A DNA stretch of 43,005 bases from Myxococcales bacterium (GCA_037441385.1 JBBISH010000044.1:1-43005), one strand, 5' to 3'. Positions 8,617 to 18,686 are shown, counted from the stretch's first letter. The notes: a model not told the origin generated them from the sequence alone. A program made the numbers and translations.

Positions 8617-8798
8617 GCCCCCGCGTCAGCGATGCGAGCGCGAATGCGAGGTGGCCCGACGGAGGGCCGCCTTCGCCGGGGCCGCCGGAACCCGAGACCC
8701 AGCAAGACCTTCCTTCGGCCCGGCGACCGCAGCGCGACGGTCTGGCGCGGGTAGCGGCGACTTGGGCCGCACCTCCCTGCGCCAGACCGGGACGCCCA
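8617..8798. repeat. Structured repeat S, copy 3
   Basis: Same 5' end and stems; diverges after GGGACGCCCA. Confidence 0.95.
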
Positions 8799-9208
8799 AA
8801 GACCGAGTCACAGCAGGTCCTGGCCAGTTGCGAGTGGCAGTCCGTGCGGGCGCGTTGGCCGGAAATTCGGTTGAAATTTGCGTTGGCGCGGTCGCCAAGC
8901 CCGGACGGTGCGGTCTGGCGGCCGCGATGTCGGCACAGCGACCTGCGGTTCCAATGAGCTCGAGTCCACACATCCCGTGCATTCACGCCCCCATGACAAG
9001 CACGCCGGTTCTGGCCCAAGCAAGAGCCGGAGTCTTCGAGCCGCTTCGAACGGAAGCCCAATGACCACCAAACCGGGGTGATCTTCTCGTCTATCCAGCC
9101 AATACTACAGGCATTCCGGACATCCAGGGCTTGCCCGCGACTTGAAATGGACCGGAGGTACGGGCACGATGGCGGCGGCGTCTGTGCACCCCCAATTTGG
9201 AGACTTTG

Positions 9209-9991
9209 ATGACCGCGTCGACCCACATCGCCTCGCATGGCTACTTCTGTTGGCACGAACTGATGAGCCGAGATCCGGCAGCGTCTGTACCCTTCTACGC
9301 GGCCGTCGCCCGCTGGACCGCGGACAAAATGCCCATGCCAGGCATGGACTATACGATCTTCCGGACCGGCACCCAGGGCATGGCGGGCTTGATGCAGCTC
9401 CCGGCCGAAGCCGCGGCGATGGGCGCGCCCAGCCAATGGATCGGCTACGTGGCCGTCACCGATATCTCGGAAACTATTGCCGAAGCTAGCAAGCGCGGCG
9501 CACACGTCCACACCCCGCCGATGGCCATCCCAACCGTCGGCACCTTTGCCGTGCTCGCCGATCCGTGGGGCGCGGCGTTTGCCGTGCTCCAGCCCGAAAC
9601 CAATGGCGATCTGGTGCCTCCGCCCGCCATCCCGGGCGACTTCGGCTGGAACGAGTTGTTTACCGACGACCCCAAGGGTGCAGTGGCCTTCTACCAAGCA
9701 CTGTTCGGCTGGGATCTCCAGCACATCCACCCGATGGACCACCTGGGCGACTATCACCTGCTCGGCCTGGGCGGTCGCGAATTCGTTGGCCTTTTCCAAC
9801 GTCCGCCGCAAGTGCCCAAGTCCATGTGGCTCAGCTACATCGAGGTGGCCGATCTCGACGCGGCCATCGCGGCCGTCAAGAGCGGCGGCGGCACGGTCCT
9901 GGTGGGGCCCATGGAAGTCCCTGGCGGCACGCGGATCGCCCAGCTGGCCGACAACTTGGGCACGAGGATCGCACTGCACAGCAAGGGCTAG
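9209..9991 (+). CDS. VOC/glyoxalase family protein (two domains)
   Basis: FCWHELMSRDP...FY, WIGYVAVTDI, GTFAVLADPWGA; second domain FGWNELFTDDP...WLSYIEVADLD. Confidence 0.92.
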   Translation: MTASTHIASHGYFCWHELMSRDPAASVPFYAAVARWTADKMPMPGMDYTIFRTGTQGMAGLMQLPAEAAAMGAPSQWIGYVAVTDISETIAEASKRGAHVHTPPMAIPTVGTFAVLADPWGAAFAVLQPETNGDLVPPPAIPGDFGWNELFTDDPKGAVAFYQALFGWDLQHIHPMDHLGDYHLLGLGGREFVGLFQRPPQVPKSMWLSYIEVADLDAAIAAVKSGGGTVLVGPMEVPGGTRIAQLADNLGTRIALHSKG

Positions 9992-10361
9992 AGGCTCGGC
10001 CAGTTGCTGAACATGCATTCCCTGTGTCGTCCTCCCGGCCGCGTCTGCGGCCCCGTACCACCCGCCGCACCTGCGAATTACCGTCGCCAACCAGACGGGC
10101 GCGGCGCTGCCGGCGGAACAACTGCGCATCGATGACGCCTACGAGCGCTTCAAGTCGCCAGGGGTCGATCTACGGCCCGGTCCTTGCCCCAGGCCAGACG
10201 TTGACCATTCCGGTGGTCCTGATCCCGACCGCCATCGACCCGCAAGGGTGGAAGGCGTACCTCAAGTCCGGCTTCATGGGCGGACCCGACCTGGGTCGAA
10301 GGTCACCTCGTCGCGCCGCCGCGCCTCAGGTTTGCAGTCGCGGGCGGTTGCAGGCCCGGCC

Positions 10362-11290
10362 ATGCTGGACAGCGTGTGCACCGGGCGGGATACTGCCCCC
10401 ATAGAGCCCGGCACCCTGCTCGCTCGTCGCTTCCGCTTGGACCGCTACGTGGGCCAGGGCTGGATGGGTACGTTTTTTCGCGCCCTTGGCACAGCCACCG
10501 GCCAGTGGGTTGCGGTCAAAGTCCTGCGCCAGAGCGAACCCGACCGAGTGGACCGGTTTGCCCGCGAAGCCCGCGTGCTCGCTGACCTGAACCGTCCCGC
10601 GATCGTCCCCCACACTGCCGACGGCCAAACACAGCACAGCGAGCCGTTCCTGGCGATGAAATGGCTAGAGCACCGATCAGAAACCCAGTCCTGGGGGCAA
10701 ACGTCGCGGCGGGTCGCGCCAGTGCAGGGCTCTGGGGCGCCCGCTTGCGACCCACTGAGCATCCACGAGTTTTCGTCAGCGAGTGGTCGCGTTGCTCTGA
10801 ACCTCGGAGATTTGTGATTGGTGTTCTAGCGCCACGGGCAGACGACCCCACCACAGCCTGTCGCCGAGAGTGATCCGGTCGTGGCGGCGATCGCGCGGCA
10901 GCTGGAGCTGTTGGGAGGTCGGGTTTCGCCGCTGGCCGACGGCTCGATGGTCGCGTTCTTCGGCGCGGCTCGACGCGCGCTTGGATGGCGTGCGGCGCCC
11001 AAGCGGTCTGTGCCTGCTGGACGAGTTCGACAGCGCACCATCGGCCCGAGCGCTGCTGGGCCGCCAAGTGCCTCTGCGTGGCCGGCAGCGCGAGGCGGGA
11101 CAGATTCTCGGCGAATTCGATAGCTGCTTGCGGCAAGGGCGTTCCCGGCTGCGCCAAGTCGTCGGCCCAGGAGGCATCGGCAAGACACGGCTGTGCGAGG
11201 CCGTGTTGCCGGCGATGACCGAGCGCCCGACTTGGCTTCGGTCGGTGCGCTGCGACCCCGGCGGCGGGGGGACGGCGTTTGCGGCCATGA
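10362..11290 (+). pseudogene. Degraded Ser/Thr kinase + AAA ATPase gene interrupted by a MITE
   Basis: RFRLDRYVGQGWMG...VAVKVL...RFAREARVLA...FLAMKWLE, then the MITE; downstream fragments LRGRQRE and VVGPGGIGKTRL (P-loop). Confidence 0.75.
10665..10829. mobile_element. MITE (family B), ~165 bp, CTAG at both ends
   Basis: TIR CTAGAGCACCGATCAGAAA / TTTGTGATTGGTGTTCTAG (16/19 match); second copy at 19944-20107. Confidence 0.88.
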
Positions 11291-11371
11291 GTTTGCCGGC
11301 GGGGGCAAGCGGTCCCGCTACGGGCCACGGCCAACGCCGCTTTGCACACAAATGCGGAACTGCCCCCGGCG

Positions 11372-12640
11372 TCAATAGCCGCGGATCAGCATCTGGGTCG
11401 GGCACATCACCCAGCGGTGGACGACGCTCGGCGCAGAGTTGAGGCCGCTGGGAACCACCGTGAACGTGAGTTTCACGCCCTCTTCGTGCCACTCTTGGTG
11501 GCGCCGCTGAAATTCTTCCACGCACAGCGCACCGTTGATCAGCGAGACCCACGCATCCCAGATGGCCGGGCCAACAAGACCGTTCAGCCCCAAGATGACG
11601 CGCGGGAACTCGGGGACGCGGAACATCTCGCCAGCCACCCAGCCACGTCCGCCGCCTTCGACGCGCCTGGAGACGCGGTTCATCTCGCGGACGATCTGCG
11701 CTTGCGAGGCGTAGTCATTGTGGTGCAGCACCTCGTTGGTCATGCAAAGGCCCGACTCGTCTGGCACTGGCAGCCCATCGGCGACGTTGGTGCGACACAC
11801 ATAGACTTGTCCGCCCTCAAGCTGCGCCGGCTCGCCGGTCTGCGGGTCGACCAACTGCTTCTGCCCAAACAGGTCCTCGCCCATCGCGAGCACGCGGACC
11901 GAACCGTTGGCGATGAATTTCTCCATTACGGGCGAGAAATAGAGGTTGAAGCCGACGACGGCGAATTCGGGGCGACGGAGCGCGGCGACCTCGTCTTCCG
12001 AGATGCCGATGACCCACACCGGCATCGGCCCCGAGGCCGGCTTTTCGACGCGCCGGACCAGCGCCTGGACCGAATTGGTGACTTCGCTGGTCAGGAGCGA
12101 CACGCCAGCGTGGAACAGCGCGCCCTTGGCGAAGTAGTAGCCCATCCACACCATGTCCGAGGCAAGTCGCGCAAGCGTATGAAACCGCTGCGGTTCAATG
12201 CCCACCGACTCCAGCTCGTGGTCGGGATGACGCTCTTGGTAGTAGTCCATGTACTCGGTAGGCAAGGGCATCTGCTGCCACCAGTCGGGAAACTGGAGGC
12301 GACCGTCGCTTCCGCGCACGAAGCCCCAACTCTCGACCAGTTCCAACGCCGCGGCCGCACCGTCGACTTGCGCGGCGGCCATCTCGCCGGCTGCCTGCCA
12401 AATTCGCTGGTTGTGGGGGTACAGTTTCTCGTAGTAGCCGGCGAGTTCCTGCAGCTCGGCCAGCATGTCCGCACCTTGCCTGAACTCGGGCAGCCCCAGC
12501 GCGCGCATTTCGTCGCGGCGCCGCTGCACCTCGCCCGCGTTCTTCCAGCGGAGCACCCGCGGTCCCAGCGGCAGCGTCTGCACCGCCCATTCTTGCCATC
12601 CCCCACCCGACTTGGTCCGCGTCTGCGCTTTCTTGTTCAT
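11372..12640 (-). CDS. Hypothetical protein with a degenerate class I SAM-methyltransferase-like C-terminus
   Basis: GGAGG RBS before MNKKAQ; LPVPDES..MTNEVLHH...IVREMNRV..G..WVAGE; no GxGxG motif. Confidence 0.6.
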   Translation of the reverse strand: MNKKAQTRTKSGGGWQEWAVQTLPLGPRVLRWKNAGEVQRRRDEMRALGLPEFRQGADMLAELQELAGYYEKLYPHNQRIWQAAGEMAAAQVDGAAAALELVESWGFVRGSDGRLQFPDWWQQMPLPTEYMDYYQERHPDHELESVGIEPQRFHTLARLASDMVWMGYYFAKGALFHAGVSLLTSEVTNSVQALVRRVEKPASGPMPVWVIGISEDEVAALRRPEFAVVGFNLYFSPVMEKFIANGSVRVLAMGEDLFGQKQLVDPQTGEPAQLEGGQVYVCRTNVADGLPVPDESGLCMTNEVLHHNDYASQAQIVREMNRVSRRVEGGGRGWVAGEMFRVPEFPRVILGLNGLVGPAIWDAWVSLINGALCVEEFQRRHQEWHEEGVKLTFTVVPSGLNSAPSVVHRWVMCPTQMLIRGY

Positions 12641-12762
12641 CAATTCCTCCAGAGGCAAAAGCATCTGCCAAACCGGACGCAGCGTCAACGAGCCGCGGGC
12701 GATGCGCGATCACCGCCCTTGGGCCCGGTTGGCCCAGATCGCCGCCCAACGTGGGCCACCCG

Positions 12763-12822
12763 TGATTCTGGCCGGTTGCAGACCGGGCCAAAGGAACCCC
12801 ACAGGCTTGATTCCAGCTGGGT
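12763..12822 (+). repeat. Intergenic repeat R, partial copy
   Basis: TGATTCTGGCCGGTTGCAGACCGGGCCAAAGGAACCCCACAGGC, similar to copies at 16660 and 19778. Confidence 0.6.
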
Positions 12823-12880
12823 TCCTCTCCATCGCCATCTCGAGCCGAGTCTTTGGCAACCACGCTGGCGGGATCCGGGC

Positions 12881-15800
12881 TCAAGGTCGCGCCAGACCGG
12901 GCACCGGCCGCCAATCTCCGGTCGCTTGAAAGGCCGCCCAGAAATACGGATGGCGCAAACGGAGCTCTGGTCCCTGGTCGCCCGAGGGAAGCAGGGGCTC
13001 GGACGACCGCGCCACGCCTGCAGATCCGGGCCGGCCATGGGCCAGATTCAGCTTGGCGGTGCGCAGCGCCTCGGCCACGCCGCGCCCCGCAACCAGGTGG
13101 GCATACATGCCCGTCATCAAATCGCGTGTAGCTTCGTCGTCCACCTTCCACAGCGACATGACCACCGAGCGGGCGCCCGCCAGGCCAAACGCACGCTGCA
13201 GACCCTGCACGCCGTCGCCCCACTGCAGGTTGCCCACGCCCGTTTCGCAGGCTGAGAGCACCACCAACTGAGTGCCGGCCAAGTTGAGGCCGCTGGCTTC
13301 CAGCGCCGTGAGCAGACCGTCTTCGCCCGTCTGGGCCTTGGCGTTGCTCCCGGTCAAGGCCAACCCCGACTGGAGCAGCGGATTCTCGGGCGTGGTCGCC
13401 GGGCCCATCGCCTCCGCTTGGCTTGGCAAGAAGAAGCCGTGGGTCGCCAAATGCAGGACTTGCGGGGCCACGACGGCCTTGAGCGCACTCTCGCTGGCCG
13501 CGCGACCGATCCACAGCTGCGACTCAGCCAGCAATGCCGCGACCGCCCGACCTTCGGCCTCTGCGCCCGGCAAGGGCCGAAACTGCAGCGAGTTCGCGTC
13601 ATTCGACCGCCGCGGGGCAGCGTCGCCCGAACCCAGGAGTGCGGCGTCAAAGTCGGGATTCGCCAGCACCACCGCCCGCTGCCTGGGCGGACGCGGCACC
13701 GCGTTCTCGATCAGCTCGCGCCCGGCGGCCACGCGCAGAATCGGGCGTGTCTCGACCATGTAGCGCCCATCTTCGCCGACCAGGGCGTCAAACGGCAGCA
13801 AGTGCAAGGCCGCGTCGGGCGCGACCACCAGCGTCGCATCGGCCGGCAGCTGCGCGCGCAGGGGCGCCAGGATCAGGGCATCCAGCTTGCGCCCCAGCGC
13901 GTCTACATCTTGGCGTCGTGGATCGGCGAGCGCAGCCCGCCACCTGGGAACCAAGTCGGCCACGGGCTGCCACGGTCCAAGGTCGACAGCCCGCGTGGGC
14001 GCTCCGCGCTGGACGGTCAGCGCCGCCAGCCGCTGGGGGCCCATGCCCTCCAGCACGCCGTTGGGGTCGTCCTGCCAGGGTCGCCACAACATATACTCAA
14101 TCAGCACATAGTGCTCTGGAAGCGCGGCGCGCAGACCCGCCAAGGTCGCGGTCGGCGCCGCCCCCTCACCGCGCAACAGCGCATCGGCCAGCTTCCGTTC
14201 GATTTCGCGGATTTCCTCGGCCATGGCCAGCACGGCCTGGCGATCGCCGCGTGCGTCCAGCGCTGCCGTGGCGGTTCGACTGCGCAAGACCTGTAACTTG
14301 GCTTGAAGATCACGGACCTCGGGCGTCACGCTGCCTTGGAGGAGCCGGGCCTGGTCGCGCTGGGCGTCGAACAAGCGCCCCTTGCGCTGTAGCACGAGTT
14401 CGCCAGCCAGCTCGGCCACTTCGGGCTGCCCGGGCAGGCGCTGCAGGGCGAGGGCCAGCGCCATGACGACGTCGGCGCGGGCCTCGGCCAAAAAGGCCCG
14501 CTTGTCCGCCTCGCTGCCGACCGCCAAGAGGCGCTGGATTTGGCGCTCTTGCAGCGCGACATACGCACGAAACTCGCTGACTGCGCTATCGTTCTTCCCA
14601 AGGCTGAGTTGTGCTTTGGCCAGAGACAACCGCGCAGGCGCGGCGTTCGCCGAATCACTGCCAAACGCCTCGCGCGACCACTCGAGCGCCTGCTGGCAGC
14701 GCGGTATCGCCGCGGCCGCCTTGCCGGTGAGCCGCTCGACCTCGCATAGGTGTCCGACCAGTTGCGCCGCGAGCGTGGGCCGGGTGCCGGCCGACTGACC
14801 GATTCCTTCCAGGCCTGCCCGGAGATTGCGCTCGCCAACGGCCCGGTCGCCGGCGCGGAATTCCAGCCAGCCCAGCTCGGCGCGGGCCACGCTCACCATC
14901 AGGTGGTGCGCGCCCACGAGGTGGCTGGTCACCGCGAGCGACGCCCGCCGCGCCTTGACCGCACCCTTCAAGTCGCCGCGCACGAGCGCTAGGGTGGCGC
15001 TCTCGTCGAGAAAGATCTGTTCGAAGACGCTGCCGCGCAGCTCGGCCGTGAACCCGTCGCCGGCCGCGTGCAGGGCGCGGTCCGCATCGGCAAGCCGCCC
15101 CATGAGTCGCAGCACCGTGGCCCACTCGCAGGATAGCGCTACGAAGTCGGCCGAGTCCGTAGCGGCCGTTGCGTGGAGCAGGGCGAGCCCTTCGCGCAAG
15201 TCGCGCTCAGCCTTGGGGTAGTCCGCGTTGGCCCGCGCGAGCATGGCGCGAAACCGCAGAACCTGGGCCATGGCTCGGTCGCGCCTTGGGCCCGCCGCTG
15301 CTTTGGCCAACACGGCGGTGGCTTCGCCAAGGTCCTTTTCGGCCGCCCCAAGGTCATCCGCCAGCATCGCCACGCCCGCGAGTTCGACCCAGCAGCTGGC
15401 CCAAGCCTCGGCCGGGGCGGACGCCCAGTAGCGAAGCACCCCTTGCTTGCGATCGAGGATGGCGCGCAACTTGGCCAAATTCATCGAGCGATGCTTCTCG
15501 CAATCGAGCATGGCGTCGAACACCGCCACCAGGAACTCGGGCGTGGGCGATCCACGGACGGCGCAAGCCAACGTGCGCTCCCACCAGTCGATCGCCTCGT
15601 CGTAGGCCGCCAACTGCTGAGCTGCCGCTGCAACGATGGCCGAAACCATCATGGCGCTCGCGGGGTTGGGCCCTTCGCCGCGCTCGGCGATGGCCACCGC
15701 CTTCTTGCCGTGCTCACGGGCCTCGGCCCACTTGTGCAACCCTGCGCAAGCCTGCGCCGCGGCGGCGTGGGCCACCGCCAGGGCCGGATCATCGGCAGGC

Positions 15801-16213
15801 ACCCGTCCCCGCAGCCGTTGGAGCAGCCGGTCGAGGCGAACCAGCGCCGCGGCGTGCTGGCCGGCACGCAACTGGGCGTCGATGATGGCGAACTCGGCCT
15901 CCAGCTGGCTCTGCAGTTGGTCAGAGGCGTCGGGCGGTGGAGTGGCGCCCGCTGGACATGGGTGCACGACCAGCGCGACCGGGATCAAAGCGGCGAGCAG
16001 CAACGCCCCAACCCAACGACCGCGGCTGCCGGCAAAGGAGCGAGCCGTGCCAGTGGCCGAACCCGGTACGGGCTGACTCCCACGAACCCTGTCTGACTCC
16101 CCCCTGCAGGGCTTCTGTGTTCCATACTGCAACTCGCATGAATCAGGCAGGAATCCCGGATCGAGCCCGAGCAACTGTCGGAGTTTTCGAGCCGAATTGG
16201 AGGGATTCCGCAT
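12881..16213 (-). CDS. CHAT (caspase-like) domain protein with N-terminal TPRs; true start probably nearer 16030
   Basis: LHLATHGFF and LVVLSACETG (His/Cys dyad), SLWKVDD, HPYFWAAF; kinesin-light-chain-like TPRs; hydrophobic N-terminal segment. Confidence 0.9.
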   Translation of the reverse strand: MRNPSNSARKLRQLLGLDPGFLPDSCELQYGTQKPCRGESDRVRGSQPVPGSATGTARSFAGSRGRWVGALLLAALIPVALVVHPCPAGATPPPDASDQLQSQLEAEFAIIDAQLRAGQHAAALVRLDRLLQRLRGRVPADDPALAVAHAAAAQACAGLHKWAEAREHGKKAVAIAERGEGPNPASAMMVSAIVAAAAQQLAAYDEAIDWWERTLACAVRGSPTPEFLVAVFDAMLDCEKHRSMNLAKLRAILDRKQGVLRYWASAPAEAWASCWVELAGVAMLADDLGAAEKDLGEATAVLAKAAAGPRRDRAMAQVLRFRAMLARANADYPKAERDLREGLALLHATAATDSADFVALSCEWATVLRLMGRLADADRALHAAGDGFTAELRGSVFEQIFLDESATLALVRGDLKGAVKARRASLAVTSHLVGAHHLMVSVARAELGWLEFRAGDRAVGERNLRAGLEGIGQSAGTRPTLAAQLVGHLCEVERLTGKAAAAIPRCQQALEWSREAFGSDSANAAPARLSLAKAQLSLGKNDSAVSEFRAYVALQERQIQRLLAVGSEADKRAFLAEARADVVMALALALQRLPGQPEVAELAGELVLQRKGRLFDAQRDQARLLQGSVTPEVRDLQAKLQVLRSRTATAALDARGDRQAVLAMAEEIREIERKLADALLRGEGAAPTATLAGLRAALPEHYVLIEYMLWRPWQDDPNGVLEGMGPQRLAALTVQRGAPTRAVDLGPWQPVADLVPRWRAALADPRRQDVDALGRKLDALILAPLRAQLPADATLVVAPDAALHLLPFDALVGEDGRYMVETRPILRVAAGRELIENAVPRPPRQRAVVLANPDFDAALLGSGDAAPRRSNDANSLQFRPLPGAEAEGRAVAALLAESQLWIGRAASESALKAVVAPQVLHLATHGFFLPSQAEAMGPATTPENPLLQSGLALTGSNAKAQTGEDGLLTALEASGLNLAGTQLVVLSACETGVGNLQWGDGVQGLQRAFGLAGARSVVMSLWKVDDEATRDLMTGMYAHLVAGRGVAEALRTAKLNLAHGRPGSAGVARSSEPLLPSGDQGPELRLRHPYFWAAFQATGDWRPVPGLARP
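16085..16200 (-). repeat. Intergenic repeat R, degenerate copy
   Basis: Reverse complement reads TCGAAAACTC...CGGGCTCGATCCGGGATTCCTGCCTGATTC. Confidence 0.55.
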
Positions 16214-16659
16214 CACTGGTATCGACCTAACATGAGGTAAATACTCAAGATCTCGGGCGACTGCCCGTTGGAGCGCAAAGAGGCGACGTGCGAACTGGCC
16301 AGGCCAAATTCGCCAAGGCTCGCGCCATGCTGCTCCCACGCCCAGGCTGGGGACGTGGCCACGGCCAGCCCAACCGCCACTGCCGCCACTGCACTGCCGA
16401 TTCCCGTGGGCATGGGTCTCTCCGTTGGCCGTAGCCATGCCGGCCGGCCGAATGGGCTGGGTCCCAGTACAGCGGTGGCCGCGGCCCCCGTGCGCAAGGA
16501 CGGAGCTACAATCGCATGTGAGCATATTCTTGCGATTCCGTGGGCGTCAAGGCGTGACCAGCTGCGGTTTGGTGGCGAGGGCGAGCAGCAACGCCAGGCT
16601 CTGGCAACGACGCCGTGCGGTTCCGTTCGCTGCAGATCGGGCGACTTGGGCATCGCTGT

Positions 16660-16745
16660 GGGCCCGAACCGGAGTCCCCGTCTGATTCTCGTCCGTTGCA
16701 GGCCGGGTCAGAGAAGGCGTACAGCCGCGAATCAGGTGGAATTCG
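16660..16745 (+). repeat. Intergenic repeat R, partial copy
   Basis: GGGCCCGAACCGGAGTCCCCGTCTGATTCTCG...GCGAATCAGGTGG. Confidence 0.7.
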
Positions 16746-16796
16746 CGTCAAACGGATCCGGATCACACCGCCAGGCGGCAGACCGCAGGCCAGAGA

Positions 16797-18686
16797 CTAC
16801 TTCTGGCAAAGGCCCCACTTGGTCGGCACGCAGAACTGGCCGCCGTTGGCGCTGGCGTTGGTAGCTTGGATGGCCTGGCACTGCCATGCCCCGTCCGTCG
16901 TGCACGATTGCCCAAGGGTCAAGCCCAACGCGGCGCACGAGACGATGCAGATGCAGTCGCCCGCGGCGCCAAAGTCGATCCAGTCGCCGTCCGGGCAATT
17001 CTTGGGCGCGCCGGTGGGGTTGCAGGCCATGCCGAGCTGCTTGGTGTCGTTGGAGGTGTAGAAGGTCTTGCCCAGCGTAAAGTCGCCAAAGCAGCCCGTC
17101 TTGCAGTCGGCCGGGCAGTTGGCCGCGGTCTCGCCGGCTTCGCACGTGCCGTTGGGGCACACAGACGACGTGGTCCCGCAGTAGGTGTTGTAGTCCGGGC
17201 AGCAGTCGCCATTCTTGGCGCAAACCGTGTCGCAGTAGCAGCCGCCGATGCCGGCCTTGCCGCACAGGCCCTTGCAGGTCTTGGCCGAGGTTCCGCAGTC
17301 TTTGGCGCAGTTGCTGGCCGTCTCGCCGGTCTCACACACGCCGTTGCCGCATACGGTGTTGGGCGTGACGCAGATCTTGTTCACTGAGCACACCTGGCCC
17401 GCCGGGCAAGTGCCGCTGCAGGTTCCGCCGCAACCATCTGTAGCTCCGCAGCTTTTGCCGCTACAGGTTGGCGTGCAGGTGCCCATGCAGACCGCCTTGT
17501 AGTCGCTGCAGCAGTCGCCGGACGAGGTGCACGCGGTGTCGCACCAGCAGCCGCCCGGCGCCTGGGCCTGGCAATGGCCCACGCAGCTGCTGGGGTTTCC
17601 GGAGCAATCGTTCGGGCAGGTGGTGGTGGTCTCGCCGCTGTCGCACGTGCCGTTGCCGCACAGCGACGCTTTGGGTTCGCACAGGCCGGCGCTGCTGCAC
17701 GTGCTGGCCGAGTCACAGGTGCCGCAGGTGGTGCCGCAGCCGTCGGGCCCGCACTTTTTGCCGGCGCACTGCGGCACGCAGGGGCAGTCGTTCGGGCAAC
17801 TGGCGTAGCTCTCGCCCGACTCACAGGTGCCGTTGCCGCAGCTGGCAGCCTTGGGCACGCACTGGCCGGTGCTGCTGCAGGTGGTCGCGCTGTCGCAACT
17901 GCCACAGGTGTTGCCGCAGCCGTCGGGGCCGCACTTCTTGCCCACGCACTGCGGCTCGCACGGGCAATCGGCCGGGCAAGAGGTATAGTTTTCGCCGCCT
18001 TCGCACTTGCCGTTGCCGCAAATGGCACCGATGGGCACGCACTGGCCCGCGTCGGTGCAGGCCTTGCCTTCGCCGCACTGTGCGCACAGGCCGCCGCAAC
18101 TGTCGGGTCCGCATTGCTTGCCGGCGCAGTTGGGCTGGCAGTCGGGTTTGCAGTCGCTGCCGCACGTTTGGGGCGCCTCGCCGGTTTCGCATTTGCCGTT
18201 GCCGCACACCGCTTTGGTTTGGCAGTCGGCCGGGCAGCTGACGTCGGTCTCGTTGCCCTGGCAGGCGCCGTCGCCGCAGACCGGGCCGGTCGCCACGTCG
18301 GTGCTGGGCGCGTCGGCGACTGTGTCGGCTGCAGCGTCGTCACCGGTCCCGCTTGAATCGCCGGCCGCAACGTCGTTGGTCTGGCCGCTGGCGACGCAAG
18401 ACGTGACCTTGACGCTGCCTTGCCAGGTCTCTTGGCACAGGTCGCCAGCGTTGCAGGCGCCGTCGACCGCCCACTTGCCATCGGCGCCGCAGTGAACGCG
18501 TTGTGCAGGAGATACCGCAACATAGCAGCCCACCGTCTGCGTGGCGGCGTCGCAAGGGCTGCCGGCCGCGCCGCCTGTCGCCGCTGTACCGCCGCCGCCA
18601 CCGCCGCCGCCTGGTGCGCCGCAAGCCCACGCCACCAGCGCCAGGGTCCCAAGCAGGGACCTGGCGAACACCGTTGTCTTCTTCAT
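16797..18686 (-). CDS. Cys-rich repeat lipoprotein with two somatomedin-B-like modules
   Basis: MKK..LALVAWAC lipoprotein signal; repeats CGNGxCExGExxxxCPxDC and CxGKxCGPDGCG; CxCDxxCxxxGDCCxDY twice. Confidence 0.88.
   Translation of the reverse strand: MKKTTVFARSLLGTLALVAWACGAPGGGGGGGGTAATGGAAGSPCDAATQTVGCYVAVSPAQRVHCGADGKWAVDGACNAGDLCQETWQGSVKVTSCVASGQTNDVAAGDSSGTGDDAAADTVADAPSTDVATGPVCGDGACQGNETDVSCPADCQTKAVCGNGKCETGEAPQTCGSDCKPDCQPNCAGKQCGPDSCGGLCAQCGEGKACTDAGQCVPIGAICGNGKCEGGENYTSCPADCPCEPQCVGKKCGPDGCGNTCGSCDSATTCSSTGQCVPKAASCGNGTCESGESYASCPNDCPCVPQCAGKKCGPDGCGTTCGTCDSASTCSSAGLCEPKASLCGNGTCDSGETTTTCPNDCSGNPSSCVGHCQAQAPGGCWCDTACTSSGDCCSDYKAVCMGTCTPTCSGKSCGATDGCGGTCSGTCPAGQVCSVNKICVTPNTVCGNGVCETGETASNCAKDCGTSAKTCKGLCGKAGIGGCYCDTVCAKNGDCCPDYNTYCGTTSSVCPNGTCEAGETAANCPADCKTGCFGDFTLGKTFYTSNDTKQLGMACNPTGAPKNCPDGDWIDFGAAGDCICIVSCAALGLTLGQSCTTDGAWQCQAIQATNASANGGQFCVPTKWGLCQK

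Noticed and set aside
3246..8798. Repeat S as integron attC sites or CRISPR repeats
   Set aside because: No RYYYAAC/GTTRRRY ends and no intI; units are ~180 bp and kilobases apart; no cas genes.
10100..10300. Possible coding remnant (IYGPVLAPGQTLTIPVVLIP)
   Set aside because: Short, without a start codon or a recognisable family; cannot be supported.
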